Below, piece after piece: positions 43,168-53,641 of a stretch of DNA of 64,000 bases; within the stretch, counting starts at the first letter, position 1, and each line of letters starts with the position of its first letter. Source of the DNA: an uncultured Desulfurococcales archaeon (lineage in GTDB: Archaea; Thermoproteota; Thermoprotei_A; EX4484-217-1); NCBI GenBank assembly GCA_964526225.1, contig CAZGLL010000006.1, positions 1,328 through 65,327 on the forward strand, in the 5' to 3' direction. The notes beneath the pieces were generated by a model, which saw only the letters and a list, made by a program, of their open reading frames with translations, did no database searches and was not told the DNA's origin. A program made the position numbers and the translations under genes.

Positions 43168-43229
43168 AAGAGAACACCTCGTTAGGGCTTAACCCGTTTA
43201 ACGCATAATGGTAATTTTAGATAAAGTGC

Positions 43230-43784
43230 TCATGGCCTATACCATTTAAACATTATTTTCGTTACTTCACTTCCTAGCTCACTTTTAGTAGCTGCTACAA
43301 TAAATTTTTTTCTCACAGAATGTGAGAGCCTACCTGCTCTCACTAGTTCTATAGGACTTGTTTTCTCGTTAAGCGAAAGCACATGTACAAGGTATGGTGC
43401 ATGATCTATTCCCGGACCTTTCTCGTAAACTGCGTAATCAGCTCCAAATTTTAACCCCGAACGAACAACAAAGCCTTTTTCTCTAAATTCTTTATAGACA
43501 TTATACAACATTATACATCTTGGAACATGTTCTTTACATTTCTGCAATAGCTTGTTGAAATCCATTTTCCCTTCGAAGCTGTAAACTTCAATAATCCCCT
43601 TTTCTAGTAAGTATAGTGCTTCAATAAGTGACAGTATTAATGGGGAATTAACGTCCTTGGGCGTTTTAGGCTTCCTTATACCTAAAGGTTTTCCATAAAA
43701 CCCATTGGAAAAGAGATATTTGGAGTCCTCAATATCCCATACGATGACCTTTGATCCTACAAGATGTGCCTTTACTTGTTTCAT
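43230..43784 (-). CDS. endA: tRNA-intron endonuclease, catalytic subunit
   Basis: FYGKPLG, LSLIEALYL, VVRSGLKFGADYAVY...GPGIDHAPY, RLSHSVRK (Tyr/His/Lys triad). Confidence 0.95.
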   Translation of the reverse strand: MKQVKAHLVGSKVIVWDIEDSKYLFSNGFYGKPLGIRKPKTPKDVNSPLILSLIEALYLLEKGIIEVYSFEGKMDFNKLLQKCKEHVPRCIMLYNVYKEFREKGFVVRSGLKFGADYAVYEKGPGIDHAPYLVHVLSLNEKTSPIELVRAGRLSHSVRKKFIVAATKSELGSEVTKIMFKWYRP

Positions 43785-43825
43785 ACAAGAACACGTAATT
43801 TATATTTATTTATTCATGACATAAT

Positions 43826-44509
43826 TTAACTCAGCTTATGCATAGCTAAATACATTAACTCCTCAGCCGCATCTTTAGTTAGATCTGCTGAGTCTTCTAC
43901 TATGTCTATTATTTCTTTAAGCAACAGTACTGCCATAATATTTCCTGATGATTTTTCATAGAGTTTAAACGTGAAGAGCCTATATTGCTCATCAAGTTCT
44001 TCCTCTGTTTTCATAGCGTTTCTAGCTTTCTCCACAGTTATTTGTGGGTTAACGTTTAACATGAATATTCCCTCTCTTAGCTGATCGAATTCTTCAATAA
44101 ATCTCTTAGTAAAGTTTAGGAGACTTTCGGTGAATTCTTTGGGTATTTCAATGCTATTATTAGCTATTATAGCTAATCTATGAGCTAAACCTGCCATAAG
44201 CTGTGCTGTTCGTTCAACATTATAGGCTATGCTTCTAAACAGGTCTTTGTATGTTAGGCTAGGCATTGTTCTAACGAGATATTCGATAATTTTCGATCTA
44301 ACCTCTTCAGTGCTATCTTTATATTTTAGTGCATGTTGATGCTTTACCTTAACTATCTCATACTTCCCTTCATGTAATGCTTCTAATAAGTTATATACCT
44401 CCTTATGGCAATCGGAAGCGTTTCTAGTAAGAGCTTGAAGGAGCTCAATAACTGTCATTTCAGCTATACTTTCTCTAACACCTATTTTGGAGGGATCATA
44501 GTAGGACAT
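43826..44509 (-). CDS. DUF47/PhoU-like helical protein
   Basis: Two helical repeats, EEELDEQYR and IVEDSADLTKDAAE patterns. Confidence 0.7.
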   Translation of the reverse strand: MSYYDPSKIGVRESIAEMTVIELLQALTRNASDCHKEVYNLLEALHEGKYEIVKVKHQHALKYKDSTEEVRSKIIEYLVRTMPSLTYKDLFRSIAYNVERTAQLMAGLAHRLAIIANNSIEIPKEFTESLLNFTKRFIEEFDQLREGIFMLNVNPQITVEKARNAMKTEEELDEQYRLFTFKLYEKSSGNIMAVLLLKEIIDIVEDSADLTKDAAEELMYLAMHKLS

Positions 44510-44661
44510 TTGCTGAAACCCCGGTAGCTGTACTGTTATAGTATTTGTATTCTGCGATGCTAATTTGCTGTTCCGCTTTGTGTTCTAGCAGGTACGAGTA
44601 TTTAAAAGTTAGCTGTGGTGTATTTGCTAACAGAGATAAAAATGTGAAGTAAAGGTAGGAA

Positions 44662-46293
44662 ATGACTAAAGCACTAATTGTTGACTGCTTAGGTAGAGGT
44701 TTAGGGAAGAGACTTAGTACAGTTGACGTTATAGGTGCAGGACCACGTGTAGTAGCCGGCATTTTAGAAAGAAACAAGGTATATACTAGGTTAACAACTT
44801 ACGAAAACTTTGTGAAAACCAAAGTTTTCGTAAAAAACTTCGATATGCTCCTAATTAGCGCTATGAGTACAGACATAGGAGCTGTTGAAAAAGCCATAGC
44901 TTTTTGGAGAAAACATGAAGAAAAAAGAAAACCCATAATAATCGGGGGTCCTCTGGTTTTCGGAATAGACAAAATAAAACACTTAGACTTCGACATAGCT
45001 GTTTATGGTGAAGGAGAGGAAACACTTAACGAATTACTAACTACCGGATTAAAGGATGGAGAATTACCTTCCTCCGATGTTATGAGAAAAATTAAGGGAA
45101 TTGTAATTAAAAATAAAAGTGGAGAAATATTCTTTACGGGTAAGCGAAAATTCCTCTCCAGAACATTACTTGATAAGTACATGCCTTCCACAAGAATTGT
45201 GAAAGATTACCCTATTTATTGGGCTTCTAGAATCTATGTTGAAATACTAAGGGGATGTAGCAACTTTTATAGACCATTAATAGTACTCCCACGTAACGCT
45301 AAATGTTGCAACCTATGCTTTGAAGGTCCATTAGAGTTTAGAACTGAGTGTCCATACAATATACCTCCAGGTTGCGGTTATTGCTCGGTACCAGCCCTCT
45401 ATGGACCTTCAAGATCAAGAAGTATCGGAACAATTTTCGAAGAAATAAAGGGACTCATAAATGTCGGAGTAACAAGAATAACTTTAAGCGCATCGAATAT
45501 ACTTGACTATGGAAGAGACTGGCTTGTAGAACCTAAACCTCTAACTGACCCTAAAAACCCTCCCCCTAATATTGTTGCGTTAAGAAAGCTTTTTAACGAA
45601 ATATTTAACATACCGGAGGTTTCTTCAGGCGAAGTAACTGTTTTATTAGAAAATATTAGGGCTTCATTACTTAATGAGGAGGTAGCCAAACTACTCGCAG
45701 AATACTTTAAGGGAACACCAGTTCACATAGGTTGCGAAACAGGCTCCGAAGTACATGCTAAACTACTAGGTAGAGCTGATACACCAAAGGATGTCATAAG
45801 GGCTGTTAAAATACTGGTAAAATACGGGCTTAAACCGTATGTATATTTCATACATGGCCTTCCGGGTCAAAATGAAAAAACAGTTCTTGAAACAGTTAAT
45901 GTCATGAAAGAGCTTGACAAATTAGGTGTAGAGAAAATAACGACATATCGGTTTACACCGCTACCCGGTACATCCTTTGAAAAATTCCCATCAGGCAAAC
46001 CTATAACGAAAGATCGTTTAAGCAAAGCAATAGTTGATAAAGCTAATAGGATTAACATGAAACGGAAAAGAGAATTTAAGGGAAAAAAGATTGAAGCTAT
46101 TGTTGTAGGCCAGTATCATAAGAATAAGAGATTTAACGTAGCTTACCCGATACCGCATGGTCCCGTAATTCTTTTGGAAAACGCAAATAAGTACTATGGA
46201 TTTAAGGTTAAGGTTGAAATAGTTGATGTTATAAGTGAAAGACTTGTGAAAGGGAAAATACTGCAGATTATTAAAAGAGTTAGGTCTCTCTAG
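44662..46293 (+). CDS. B12-binding-domain radical SAM protein with C-terminal TRAM-like domain
   Basis: LLISAMSTD/IIIGGP B12-like domain, GEGE, VEILRGC...GCGYC, GCETGS, YFIHGLPGQ, FTPLPGT, KVKVEI. Confidence 0.85.
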   Translation: MTKALIVDCLGRGLGKRLSTVDVIGAGPRVVAGILERNKVYTRLTTYENFVKTKVFVKNFDMLLISAMSTDIGAVEKAIAFWRKHEEKRKPIIIGGPLVFGIDKIKHLDFDIAVYGEGEETLNELLTTGLKDGELPSSDVMRKIKGIVIKNKSGEIFFTGKRKFLSRTLLDKYMPSTRIVKDYPIYWASRIYVEILRGCSNFYRPLIVLPRNAKCCNLCFEGPLEFRTECPYNIPPGCGYCSVPALYGPSRSRSIGTIFEEIKGLINVGVTRITLSASNILDYGRDWLVEPKPLTDPKNPPPNIVALRKLFNEIFNIPEVSSGEVTVLLENIRASLLNEEVAKLLAEYFKGTPVHIGCETGSEVHAKLLGRADTPKDVIRAVKILVKYGLKPYVYFIHGLPGQNEKTVLETVNVMKELDKLGVEKITTYRFTPLPGTSFEKFPSGKPITKDRLSKAIVDKANRINMKRKREFKGKKIEAIVVGQYHKNKRFNVAYPIPHGPVILLENANKYYGFKVKVEIVDVISERLVKGKILQIIKRVRSL

Positions 46294-46828
46294 GCTTTTC
46301 AAGTTTAAATGATAGATTTCTAATGTAGTTTTCTACAAACTCCTTATCGTCAACCATTTTTAAACCATCACTAATAATAGTCTTTATGTTTTCGAGAAAA
46401 CAATCTAGCTTAAGCATGTTTTCTTCAACATTTGAAATATCTTTTTCGAAAATCTCTCTATACTCATTAAGTGCTGTTCCTACAGCCTTCTCCATAGCAA
46501 GTACGAATATTTTCCGTTCTTCTTCTAAATCAACAAGTCTATGGTAATCAAGTAATGCATATATGTAATCAAATATTTCTAATGCGTATTTTAGATCATT
46601 TAAATCTATAGTGCTTAAATCTACTCGTGATGCTTCCTCAGCCCTTTTCAGAATGATCTGCCTATCAGTTCTTAAATTATCAATAATTGCCAAAAACCTT
46701 CTGAGGTAGAGTTCATTGCTTGTTTTAAAGTAGTTTTTAAGACTTATTTTCGCTTCATTTATTCTTTTAGCGTGCTTCTCAACAATATTTTCTAAATCAC
46801 TATAGATTTTGAGAATTCTATAATACAT
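46280..46828 (-). CDS. Hypothetical helical protein
   Basis: 182-aa ORF, co-oriented with glyS and the DPBB gene; no motif recognised. Confidence 0.55.
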   Translation of the reverse strand: MYYRILKIYSDLENIVEKHAKRINEAKISLKNYFKTSNELYLRRFLAIIDNLRTDRQIILKRAEEASRVDLSTIDLNDLKYALEIFDYIYALLDYHRLVDLEEERKIFVLAMEKAVGTALNEYREIFEKDISNVEENMLKLDCFLENIKTIISDGLKMVDDKEFVENYIRNLSFKLEKPRET

Positions 46829-46840
46829 GATGACACCGCA

Positions 46841-47194
46841 TTATTGTATAGCAGCTCTTACTGTTGCTATACTATTGTCTGCTATTCCCTCTCTCTTTAA
46901 TTGCTCTAAATTACACCATACCTCATTTATAGGTACATTTTCATCTACTATTACTGAGAGTTTAAGTTTCCTCTTCCTGGCAACAACGATCTCTAAAGCA
47001 TTTGTAATGTTTAATTCCTTAGCTAATGATGGATTTATTTTAGCGAAACCCTCCTTAACATCAGATAGCGCTCTAGTTCTTATTCTTCTTTCGCGTTTCA
47101 CCTTTTCCTTACCTAAACTACCAGCAGGGGGGATAACAGCCACTAAGGCTTTAATGTCAAGCTTTTTCTCCTCTTTTCCCTCATTTTCAATCAT
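46841..47194 (-). CDS. Stand-alone double-psi beta-barrel (Cdc48-N-like) protein
   Basis: GFAKINPSLAKELNI...LEIVV...VDENVP...EVWCN...GIADNSIATVR mirrors Cdc48 Nn-domain spacing. Confidence 0.55.
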   Translation of the reverse strand: MIENEGKEEKKLDIKALVAVIPPAGSLGKEKVKRERRIRTRALSDVKEGFAKINPSLAKELNITNALEIVVARKRKLKLSVIVDENVPINEVWCNLEQLKREGIADNSIATVRAAIQ

Positions 47195-47270
47195 GGCTTA
47201 GAAACACCTACTTTACTAGACTAGCCTCTGAGTTTTTTACTTAAGATAGGGTCTATTTAAAATTTAAAAA

Positions 47271-49022
47271 CTACTTTTCAATAGGAACACCGAGATCTTT
47301 AAACTCTAAACGGTACTTTAGGTACTCGGGTATTTTAACGTAGATTTCTTCTATAGGTGCTCTAACTTGCTCCCATGTGTCTCTGTTCCTAATTGTAACA
47401 GTGTTGTCTTCCATTGTTTGGTAATCAACAGTTATTGCTAATGGAACACCTATTTCGTCCGCTCTCGCATATCTTCTCCCTATATTGCCTGATTCATCAT
47501 AAATAACTCTTAGTCCTTCCTTCTTAAAGTTCTCATAAATTTCTTTGGCTATGGAAACTAACGGTTCTTTACTTACGAGAGGAAACACAGCTAAACTTAT
47601 TGGTGCAATATCTCTTGGAAGTCTTAAAATAACTCTACCATTTTTCACAGTATAGGCGTACTCTAACGTAGCATATAGGAGTCTTTCTGCACCAAACGAT
47701 GGTTCAACAACGTGCGGTATGAATCTTTTGCCTTTAGCAATCTTTTTAACCTTAACTATTTTGAAGCACTCCGGTCCTAAACTTTTACCTGCTAATTCAA
47801 CATAGCCTTTAGCCTTAAGTTCGGCTAACATAACGTTTTTATCTTTTTTTGAGAAAGCATTAACTATTTTCCTACATTCTTCCTTAGAATATTCTTTCTC
47901 TAAAAGCTCCCTATTTATATCTAATTCCTCAACCAATATTTCTCTAGGTTCGTTAAACTGCTTATATACCGTAAGATCATTACCACTAAATCCCATATGT
48001 CTTGAAAGATCATAGTCGCTCCTATAAGAATGCCCAGCTACTTCTATCCAACCCCACCTAGAAACTTTAACTAGTTGGTCAAACGTTTGCGAAGAATAAT
48101 GAGCTCTTTCATGTGGAAGTTTGTCTTCAAACACTTGCTTATTTAAGGGTATTCCGAGTTCGTTAACGAATTTCTGTGCAAGCGCCATGAAGTATGCTAG
48201 CCACTCATTAACAATGTATCTTTTTTCAAGAGCTTCCTTAATGGTAACGGTGATGGGTTCTTTCTTCCCTTTAAGCTTATTTTCAGCTGTAATTAGTCTT
48301 ATTTCATCGTTTTCAACTTCGGAAATAAATGGACATTTAGGCTTTTCAGGGTCAAAGAAGAATTCTACTTCCATAATAGTGAATTCTCTTAGCCTAATAA
48401 CACCTTGTCTAGGCGATATTTCGTTCCTACCTACTCTTCCTATTTGCCCTATACCTAAAGGTATACGTCCTCTCATAGTGTCGTAAACTCTTTTGAAAGC
48501 GACGAACATTCCCTGGGCAGCTTCAGGCCTAATGAACCCTATGTTCTCACTATATGGTCCAATGGTTGTTCTGAAAAGTAAACTAAACGTTCTAACATCA
48601 CTTAATTGACCACCACATGATGGGCATTTGATGTTGTTTTCCTTAATAAGTTCCGTTAATTGCTGTGGCGTAAGTCCTTCAACGGATTTGCCTATTACAT
48701 CCTCAATTAAATGATCAGCTCTAAATTTTCTACCGCATCTTAAACATTCAACTATAGGATCTGTGAAATGCTCCAGATGGCCGCTTGCTTCTAAAACAGC
48801 TTTAGGCATTATCGCGGGTGATTCTATTTCAACAATGAAGTCTTGATGTTTAAGAATGAACCATTGCCTCCACTTATCCTCTATATTCTTCTTAAGAATG
48901 CTTCCTAAAGGGCCTAAATCTACAAATCCTGCAACTCCACCATATATTTCGTATGATTGCCAAAAGAACCCTCGCCTAACAGCTAGTTCTACTATTTTTT
49001 CGTAAAGATCTTTTTCTAACAA
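47271..49022 (-). CDS. glyS: Glycyl-tRNA synthetase (alpha2 type)
   Basis: RRGFFW, SGHLEHFTDP, RPEAAQG, FRNE-like RNEISPRQGVIRLREF, HVVEPSFG, IGRRYARADEIG. Confidence 0.97.
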   Translation of the reverse strand: MLEKDLYEKIVELAVRRGFFWQSYEIYGGVAGFVDLGPLGSILKKNIEDKWRQWFILKHQDFIVEIESPAIMPKAVLEASGHLEHFTDPIVECLRCGRKFRADHLIEDVIGKSVEGLTPQQLTELIKENNIKCPSCGGQLSDVRTFSLLFRTTIGPYSENIGFIRPEAAQGMFVAFKRVYDTMRGRIPLGIGQIGRVGRNEISPRQGVIRLREFTIMEVEFFFDPEKPKCPFISEVENDEIRLITAENKLKGKKEPITVTIKEALEKRYIVNEWLAYFMALAQKFVNELGIPLNKQVFEDKLPHERAHYSSQTFDQLVKVSRWGWIEVAGHSYRSDYDLSRHMGFSGNDLTVYKQFNEPREILVEELDINRELLEKEYSKEECRKIVNAFSKKDKNVMLAELKAKGYVELAGKSLGPECFKIVKVKKIAKGKRFIPHVVEPSFGAERLLYATLEYAYTVKNGRVILRLPRDIAPISLAVFPLVSKEPLVSIAKEIYENFKKEGLRVIYDESGNIGRRYARADEIGVPLAITVDYQTMEDNTVTIRNRDTWEQVRAPIEEIYVKIPEYLKYRLEFKDLGVPIEK

Positions 49023-49120
49023 CTCCTTAGCACCGTGGACAACATTATGTTAATATGGTGCTAACTACTACTAAAAATAACGCTACTAAAAATACTTATG
49101 CTCATAGGGGGTTGATGCAC

Positions 49121-50020
49121 ATGGTTAAAATGGACATTTACATTTCAAATGAGAGAAGGGTTTTCGGCGGTTTCACCGTACCGTATGAGAAAGCAAAGTA
49201 CATTATACTAGGTGTCCCTTTTGAACACTCCCTAACCTATAAGACCGGTACTAGTATTGCTCCATTTCGTGTAAGAGAAGCTTCAGAGGCCATAGAGTCA
49301 TTCTCTCTAAGAGCAAAGTACGACTTTGACAAATGCCCTGTAGCTGATGTTGGGGACGTAGTGGTTGTACCAGGTGATGTTCATCAGACACTTTCGCGTA
49401 TTTCTAATGTAGTAGAAAACCTCGTTAATGATGGAAAAATCCCTGTACTCATTGGCGGAGAACATACAATTACCTACGGTGTTATTAGGGCTCTTAGAAA
49501 GCATAGTCCATGTGTAATAGTGTTCGATGCGCATTTTGATTTGAGAGACAAGTATTTAGGTTACAAATTCTCTCATGCCTCAATTATGAGGAGAATATGT
49601 GAAACATTAGGTACAAGAAAAATGATGTTCATTGGTGTTAGAGGATTTAGTGAGGAAGAATATGTCTATGTTAGGCAGAGAAACATAGCTTATGTTACAA
49701 GCGTTCAATTGTTAAATGAATCTAAAGCAGCATTGAAAATTATAAGGAGCTTCTTAAATAACTGTAGAAAAACATATGTTACCATAGACATGGACGTTTT
49801 CGATCCCTCATATGCTCCAGGTGTTGACAATCCTGAGCCAGAGGGAATTACACCGACAATATTCTTTGACATATTATTTAACATCATAGACAATAGAACT
49901 ATAGGCTTAGATGTTGTAGAAAGTTCACCATTAGTAGATGTTAATGATGTTACGAGCGTTTTAGCTGCTAAAGTTATTAAAGAAGCAATAATTTATCACT
50001 ATGTTAAAACATTTAAATGA
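49121..50020 (+). CDS. speB: Agmatinase (ureohydrolase family)
   Basis: GGEHTIT, DAHFDLRD, SHAS, TIDMDVFDPSYAPGVDNPEPEG. Confidence 0.93.
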   Translation: MVKMDIYISNERRVFGGFTVPYEKAKYIILGVPFEHSLTYKTGTSIAPFRVREASEAIESFSLRAKYDFDKCPVADVGDVVVVPGDVHQTLSRISNVVENLVNDGKIPVLIGGEHTITYGVIRALRKHSPCVIVFDAHFDLRDKYLGYKFSHASIMRRICETLGTRKMMFIGVRGFSEEEYVYVRQRNIAYVTSVQLLNESKAALKIIRSFLNNCRKTYVTIDMDVFDPSYAPGVDNPEPEGITPTIFFDILFNIIDNRTIGLDVVESSPLVDVNDVTSVLAAKVIKEAIIYHYVKTFK

Positions 50021-50176
50021 TTAAATAGCCTTTACCCTTCTAATCTTAGGAGGCCTAACTTTATAAAGAATCTTTGCACCACAGTATGGACATCTTATCC
50101 CCGGCAAAATCTCTAGCTCTTTAGTGTCAATTATTCTTCCACAGTTAGCACACTTATACTTCACAGTCATGGACAT
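50021..50176 (-). CDS. rpo12: RNA polymerase subunit Rpo12/P (51 aa; absent from the ORF track)
   Basis: [13 protein letters not shown]...[25 protein letters not shown]. Confidence 0.93.
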   Translation of the reverse strand: MSMTVKYKCANCGRIIDTKELEILPGIRCPYCGAKILYKVRPPKIRRVKAI

Positions 50177-50300
50177 TCTAAATATCCTCTTTGTAACTTC
50201 TCCGTTAAAAACGTGTTACATCTACTATAAAAATTTATAAGCTGTTTCATAAACATCTATTTCGTAGAAACTAAAATTTTAGGGTGGATGGTTTAAAAGA

Positions 50301-50618
50301 ATGTTTGAATTCGAAAACCTAGGTATAGGTGGAGGAGGTCTTCCACCAGAATTATTTCAGGAAATAGCTAAGGAAGAATTGCTGATACGTATAAGGGTTG
50401 AGAAGCGCAAATGGGGCCGTGAAGTAACGATAATTGAAGGTCTAAACGACCCATCCATTGATTTAAAGGAAATGGCTGCTAAGCTAAAGTCAAAACTTGC
50501 ATGTGGCGGTACAGCTAAAAATGGGAGAATAGAGTTGCAAGGAAATCATAAGGAACGTGTTAAGGAACTCTTAGTTGAAATGGGGTTTCCCGAGGAAAAC
50601 ATTATAATAGTTGATTAA
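50301..50618 (+). CDS. sui1: Translation initiation factor aIF1 (SUI1)
   Basis: [17 protein letters not shown]...[10 protein letters not shown]...IELQGNH. Confidence 0.95.
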   Translation: MFEFENLGIGGGGLPPELFQEIAKEELLIRIRVEKRKWGREVTIIEGLNDPSIDLKEMAAKLKSKLACGGTAKNGRIELQGNHKERVKELLVEMGFPEENIIIVD

Positions 50619-50743
50619 GAATAGTTGGTGAGGGATAGTATTTTATCGCGGACAACAAGCAATATGCAGAAAAAGGGTAATTTAGTTATTATGTGTTATG
50701 TGAGCTAATCACACTTTAGCTTATTTTTTCATTTCTAAACTTT

Positions 50744-51694
50744 TCATTGTGGAGGTAATGGTACCTTAAGTTCTCTAACTAATTCTTTATATCTGTTCCT
50801 AACAGTCACTTCAGTTACTCCAGCTACTTGAGCTATTTCTTTTTGAGTTCTCCTTTCATCTTCTAGTAGTGAAGCAATATATATTGCGGCTGCTGCTAAA
50901 CCTGCAGGGTCTTTGCCAGCAGTTATTCCTTTCTCTTCAGCTCTCTTGAGAATTTCAGCAGCTCTTTTCATAACGCTACCGCTTAATCCTAGTAAAGCAC
51001 CTATTCTCGGAACATAGTCTATTGGATCAGCTATTGGAACTCTTAACTCAAGCTCTCTAAGCAATAACCTATAGCATCTAGCTACATCTTTCCTACCAAC
51101 CTTAGTGTACTTCACTATTTCATCAAGTGTTCTAGGAATCTTAAGCCTTCTACATGCAGCATATATTGCTGCTGCAACAACAGACTCTATACTTCTACCT
51201 CTCACTAGACCTTTTTCAACAGCTTTCCTATAAATTACAGCTGCTTCTTCTCTTACATTTCTAGGTAATCCTAGCTGTGAAGCTATTCTATCTAATTCAT
51301 TCATTGCTTGAGCAAGATTACGATCAATACTTGACTGTATCCTAGCTCTTATCTGCCACTTTCTCCAACGTAGGATTTCAAGTCTTCTCCTAGGTTCTAA
51401 ATGTCTTCCGAAAGCATCACGATCACGCCAATCAATAATAGTTGAGAGTCCTTTATCATGAACGGTTTGCGTTAAAGGTGAACCTACACGACTTCTCTTC
51501 TCTCTTTCTTCAGGAGTGAAAGCTCTCCATTCAGGGCCTTGATCAATTGCTTTCTCGCTAATAACGGTTCCACAATCTGCACATACATACTGACCACGTT
51601 CATGATCATAAATTATATTTGTACCTCCACAAACTGGACATTTCGTAATGGCTTCTCCAACATTTTTTTCAGCAGGAAAACCCGGACTAACCAT
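50744..51694 (-). CDS. tfb: Transcription initiation factor IIB
   Basis: CPVCG...CADCG Zn ribbon, [33 protein letters not shown]. Confidence 0.97.
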   Translation of the reverse strand: MVSPGFPAEKNVGEAITKCPVCGGTNIIYDHERGQYVCADCGTVISEKAIDQGPEWRAFTPEEREKRSRVGSPLTQTVHDKGLSTIIDWRDRDAFGRHLEPRRRLEILRWRKWQIRARIQSSIDRNLAQAMNELDRIASQLGLPRNVREEAAVIYRKAVEKGLVRGRSIESVVAAAIYAACRRLKIPRTLDEIVKYTKVGRKDVARCYRLLLRELELRVPIADPIDYVPRIGALLGLSGSVMKRAAEILKRAEEKGITAGKDPAGLAAAAIYIASLLEDERRTQKEIAQVAGVTEVTVRNRYKELVRELKVPLPPQ

Positions 51695-51827
51695 GTTTAA
51701 CCACCTTTAAACCTCATAAGTTAAACTTATATAGAATCCCACTTCTGCCTTAAGTCCTCTTATAAGTTATTTTATTTAAACTTTTCGGTAAAATTTATAA
51801 ATAATGCGTTGTGTAATGTAAACGGCG

Positions 51828-53378
51828 TTAAATATTATTTTCGGTTAGCTTAAGCAGTGTTTCCTTAACTTTAGAAACCCCTATAGCAACAATTAATCTT
51901 CCAAGCCTAGGACCATAGGGTTGACCTAGTAAGGCTTCGTAAAGTACCTTAAAGAGTTCTTTCGGATTAACATTATATTGCCTAGCTACTTCATACACTA
52001 GATTATGTATTTCAATATCCTTCATGTCCTCTCTTAATTTCTCAGCAAAGCTTCTTACAACATTTACGTGCTTACTTATTGGGGTGGGATTAAACTTAAC
52101 CCTATATTCTCTAGGAATAATATCTAATCTCACCCAATTCTCGACATATGTTCTAAGATTATCTATTTCTCTGGGGAAACCTAGTTTTTCTTTAACTACT
52201 TTCCAATCACCATATATTTGATATATAACCAGCACGTCTGTGAAGCTAACATGAAGTGATGCTTTCTCGGATTCTGAAGCAAGCATATAAGCATGTACTT
52301 TCTTAGCTAACCCTGCTTCCTTTACTTCAGCTTTCTTTTCGAAAATTAACCCTACATTTCTAAATTCCTCATAGAGGCTGAGTAAAAATCTTGGATCATC
52401 CTTAAAGTTCTTGTTTTCTTCAAGATCGCCTCTAAATAGGAAGTATTTTAGAACCTCCGGCGGAACTAGTGATAGAATATAGTTTAAGTCTCCTAAGCCC
52501 TTACTTTTACTCATCTTTCTTCCTTTAAGAAGTATGAAGCCATATTTGAATCCTATTGGCGGTTCTTTTCCGAAAAGCTTTCTGTGAATAGCTACCGCAG
52601 TATCCCAGCTCCCCCCTCTAGTGTGGTGATCTACACCTGCCCCTTCAACATCGACACCTAAGAAATCTTGCCTACTGGGCCAGTCTAATCTCCAAGCAAG
52701 CTTCCACATACGATCTCTTATCGCTACTTTACCTTTATACCCACATCCTTTAGCGTATCCTACGTCCTTATCACATACGTACTCTATCGTTCCTTCTAAA
52801 AGATTAAACCCTAGAACCCTTGTTGTTGCTATTTTACCGCATTTTTCACATATTGGAAGAGCAATGTCCTTCCATGACCGAGGAAGTTTTCTTAAGGACG
52901 TTTCTTCGAGAATTCTTTTAACAATATCTAGCCTTTCAGCAAAAAACACAAGGTAATCATCGTAAAATCCTTCGGAGTACAGCTCATTTGATCCTACGAT
53001 TTCATCTGGTTTAACACCGAACTCCTCCATAATCTTTGTTGTTTCCCAAAGAAAATGTTCACCATAGCTTCTATGACATCCATAAGGGTCAGGAACGTGT
53101 ACAAGAGGTTTTCCTAAATGGGGCTTTAACATTTCACTATATTCCCTAAGTGTTGCTGGAATACTGTCAAAAGCATCCATTATGTCGCCTACGAAAACAA
53201 AGTACGCATCAACCCCTCGTCTTCTAAGTTCTTTAACCAGAGCCCATGGATAAAGGAATTCGCAAACAGTACCTAAGTGAGGAGGACCGCTCGTTGTCAT
53301 TCCAGCAGCTACGACGATAGCTTTTCCCTTTTCTTTAACAACCTTGTCCGCTAATTTAACAACCCAATGTTCAACCAT
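51828..53378 (-). CDS. lysS: Class I lysyl-tRNA synthetase
   Basis: SGPPHLG (HIGH), KLAWRLDWP, GVDH, KMSKSKG. Confidence 0.93.
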   Translation of the reverse strand: MVEHWVVKLADKVVKEKGKAIVVAAGMTTSGPPHLGTVCEFLYPWALVKELRRRGVDAYFVFVGDIMDAFDSIPATLREYSEMLKPHLGKPLVHVPDPYGCHRSYGEHFLWETTKIMEEFGVKPDEIVGSNELYSEGFYDDYLVFFAERLDIVKRILEETSLRKLPRSWKDIALPICEKCGKIATTRVLGFNLLEGTIEYVCDKDVGYAKGCGYKGKVAIRDRMWKLAWRLDWPSRQDFLGVDVEGAGVDHHTRGGSWDTAVAIHRKLFGKEPPIGFKYGFILLKGRKMSKSKGLGDLNYILSLVPPEVLKYFLFRGDLEENKNFKDDPRFLLSLYEEFRNVGLIFEKKAEVKEAGLAKKVHAYMLASESEKASLHVSFTDVLVIYQIYGDWKVVKEKLGFPREIDNLRTYVENWVRLDIIPREYRVKFNPTPISKHVNVVRSFAEKLREDMKDIEIHNLVYEVARQYNVNPKELFKVLYEALLGQPYGPRLGRLIVAIGVSKVKETLLKLTENNI

Positions 53379-53483
53379 AAGCGCTTATTCACCTTAATTC
53401 TGGAAGGAATTCATGCGAACTAATAAGACCTCATACCTTATAAGAGTTACACTTAAAACTCACCTATAATTATTCTCTCTCGA

Positions 53484-53607
53484 AGCCGGGTCGTCTAGCG
53501 GTCAAGGATGCGGGGCTTTGGCCCTTACCTGACCGTCTAAAATTCGGGAGCGGTCAGGTAAGGGAAGACCCCCCGTGACCGGGGTTCGAATCCCCGCCCG
53601 GCTACCA
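53484..53607 (+). tRNA. tRNA-Gln(TTG) with 48-nt 37/38 intron (53522-53569), A1-U72 pair, CCA encoded
   Basis: AGCCGGG/CCCGGCT acceptor, CGGGG-CT-TTG-G|intron|C-CCCCG. BHB: CTTT pairs with GAAG. Confidence 0.95.
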
Positions 53608-53641
53608 TAACCAATAACTTTCTTCAAGGCGTAACTAGGCG

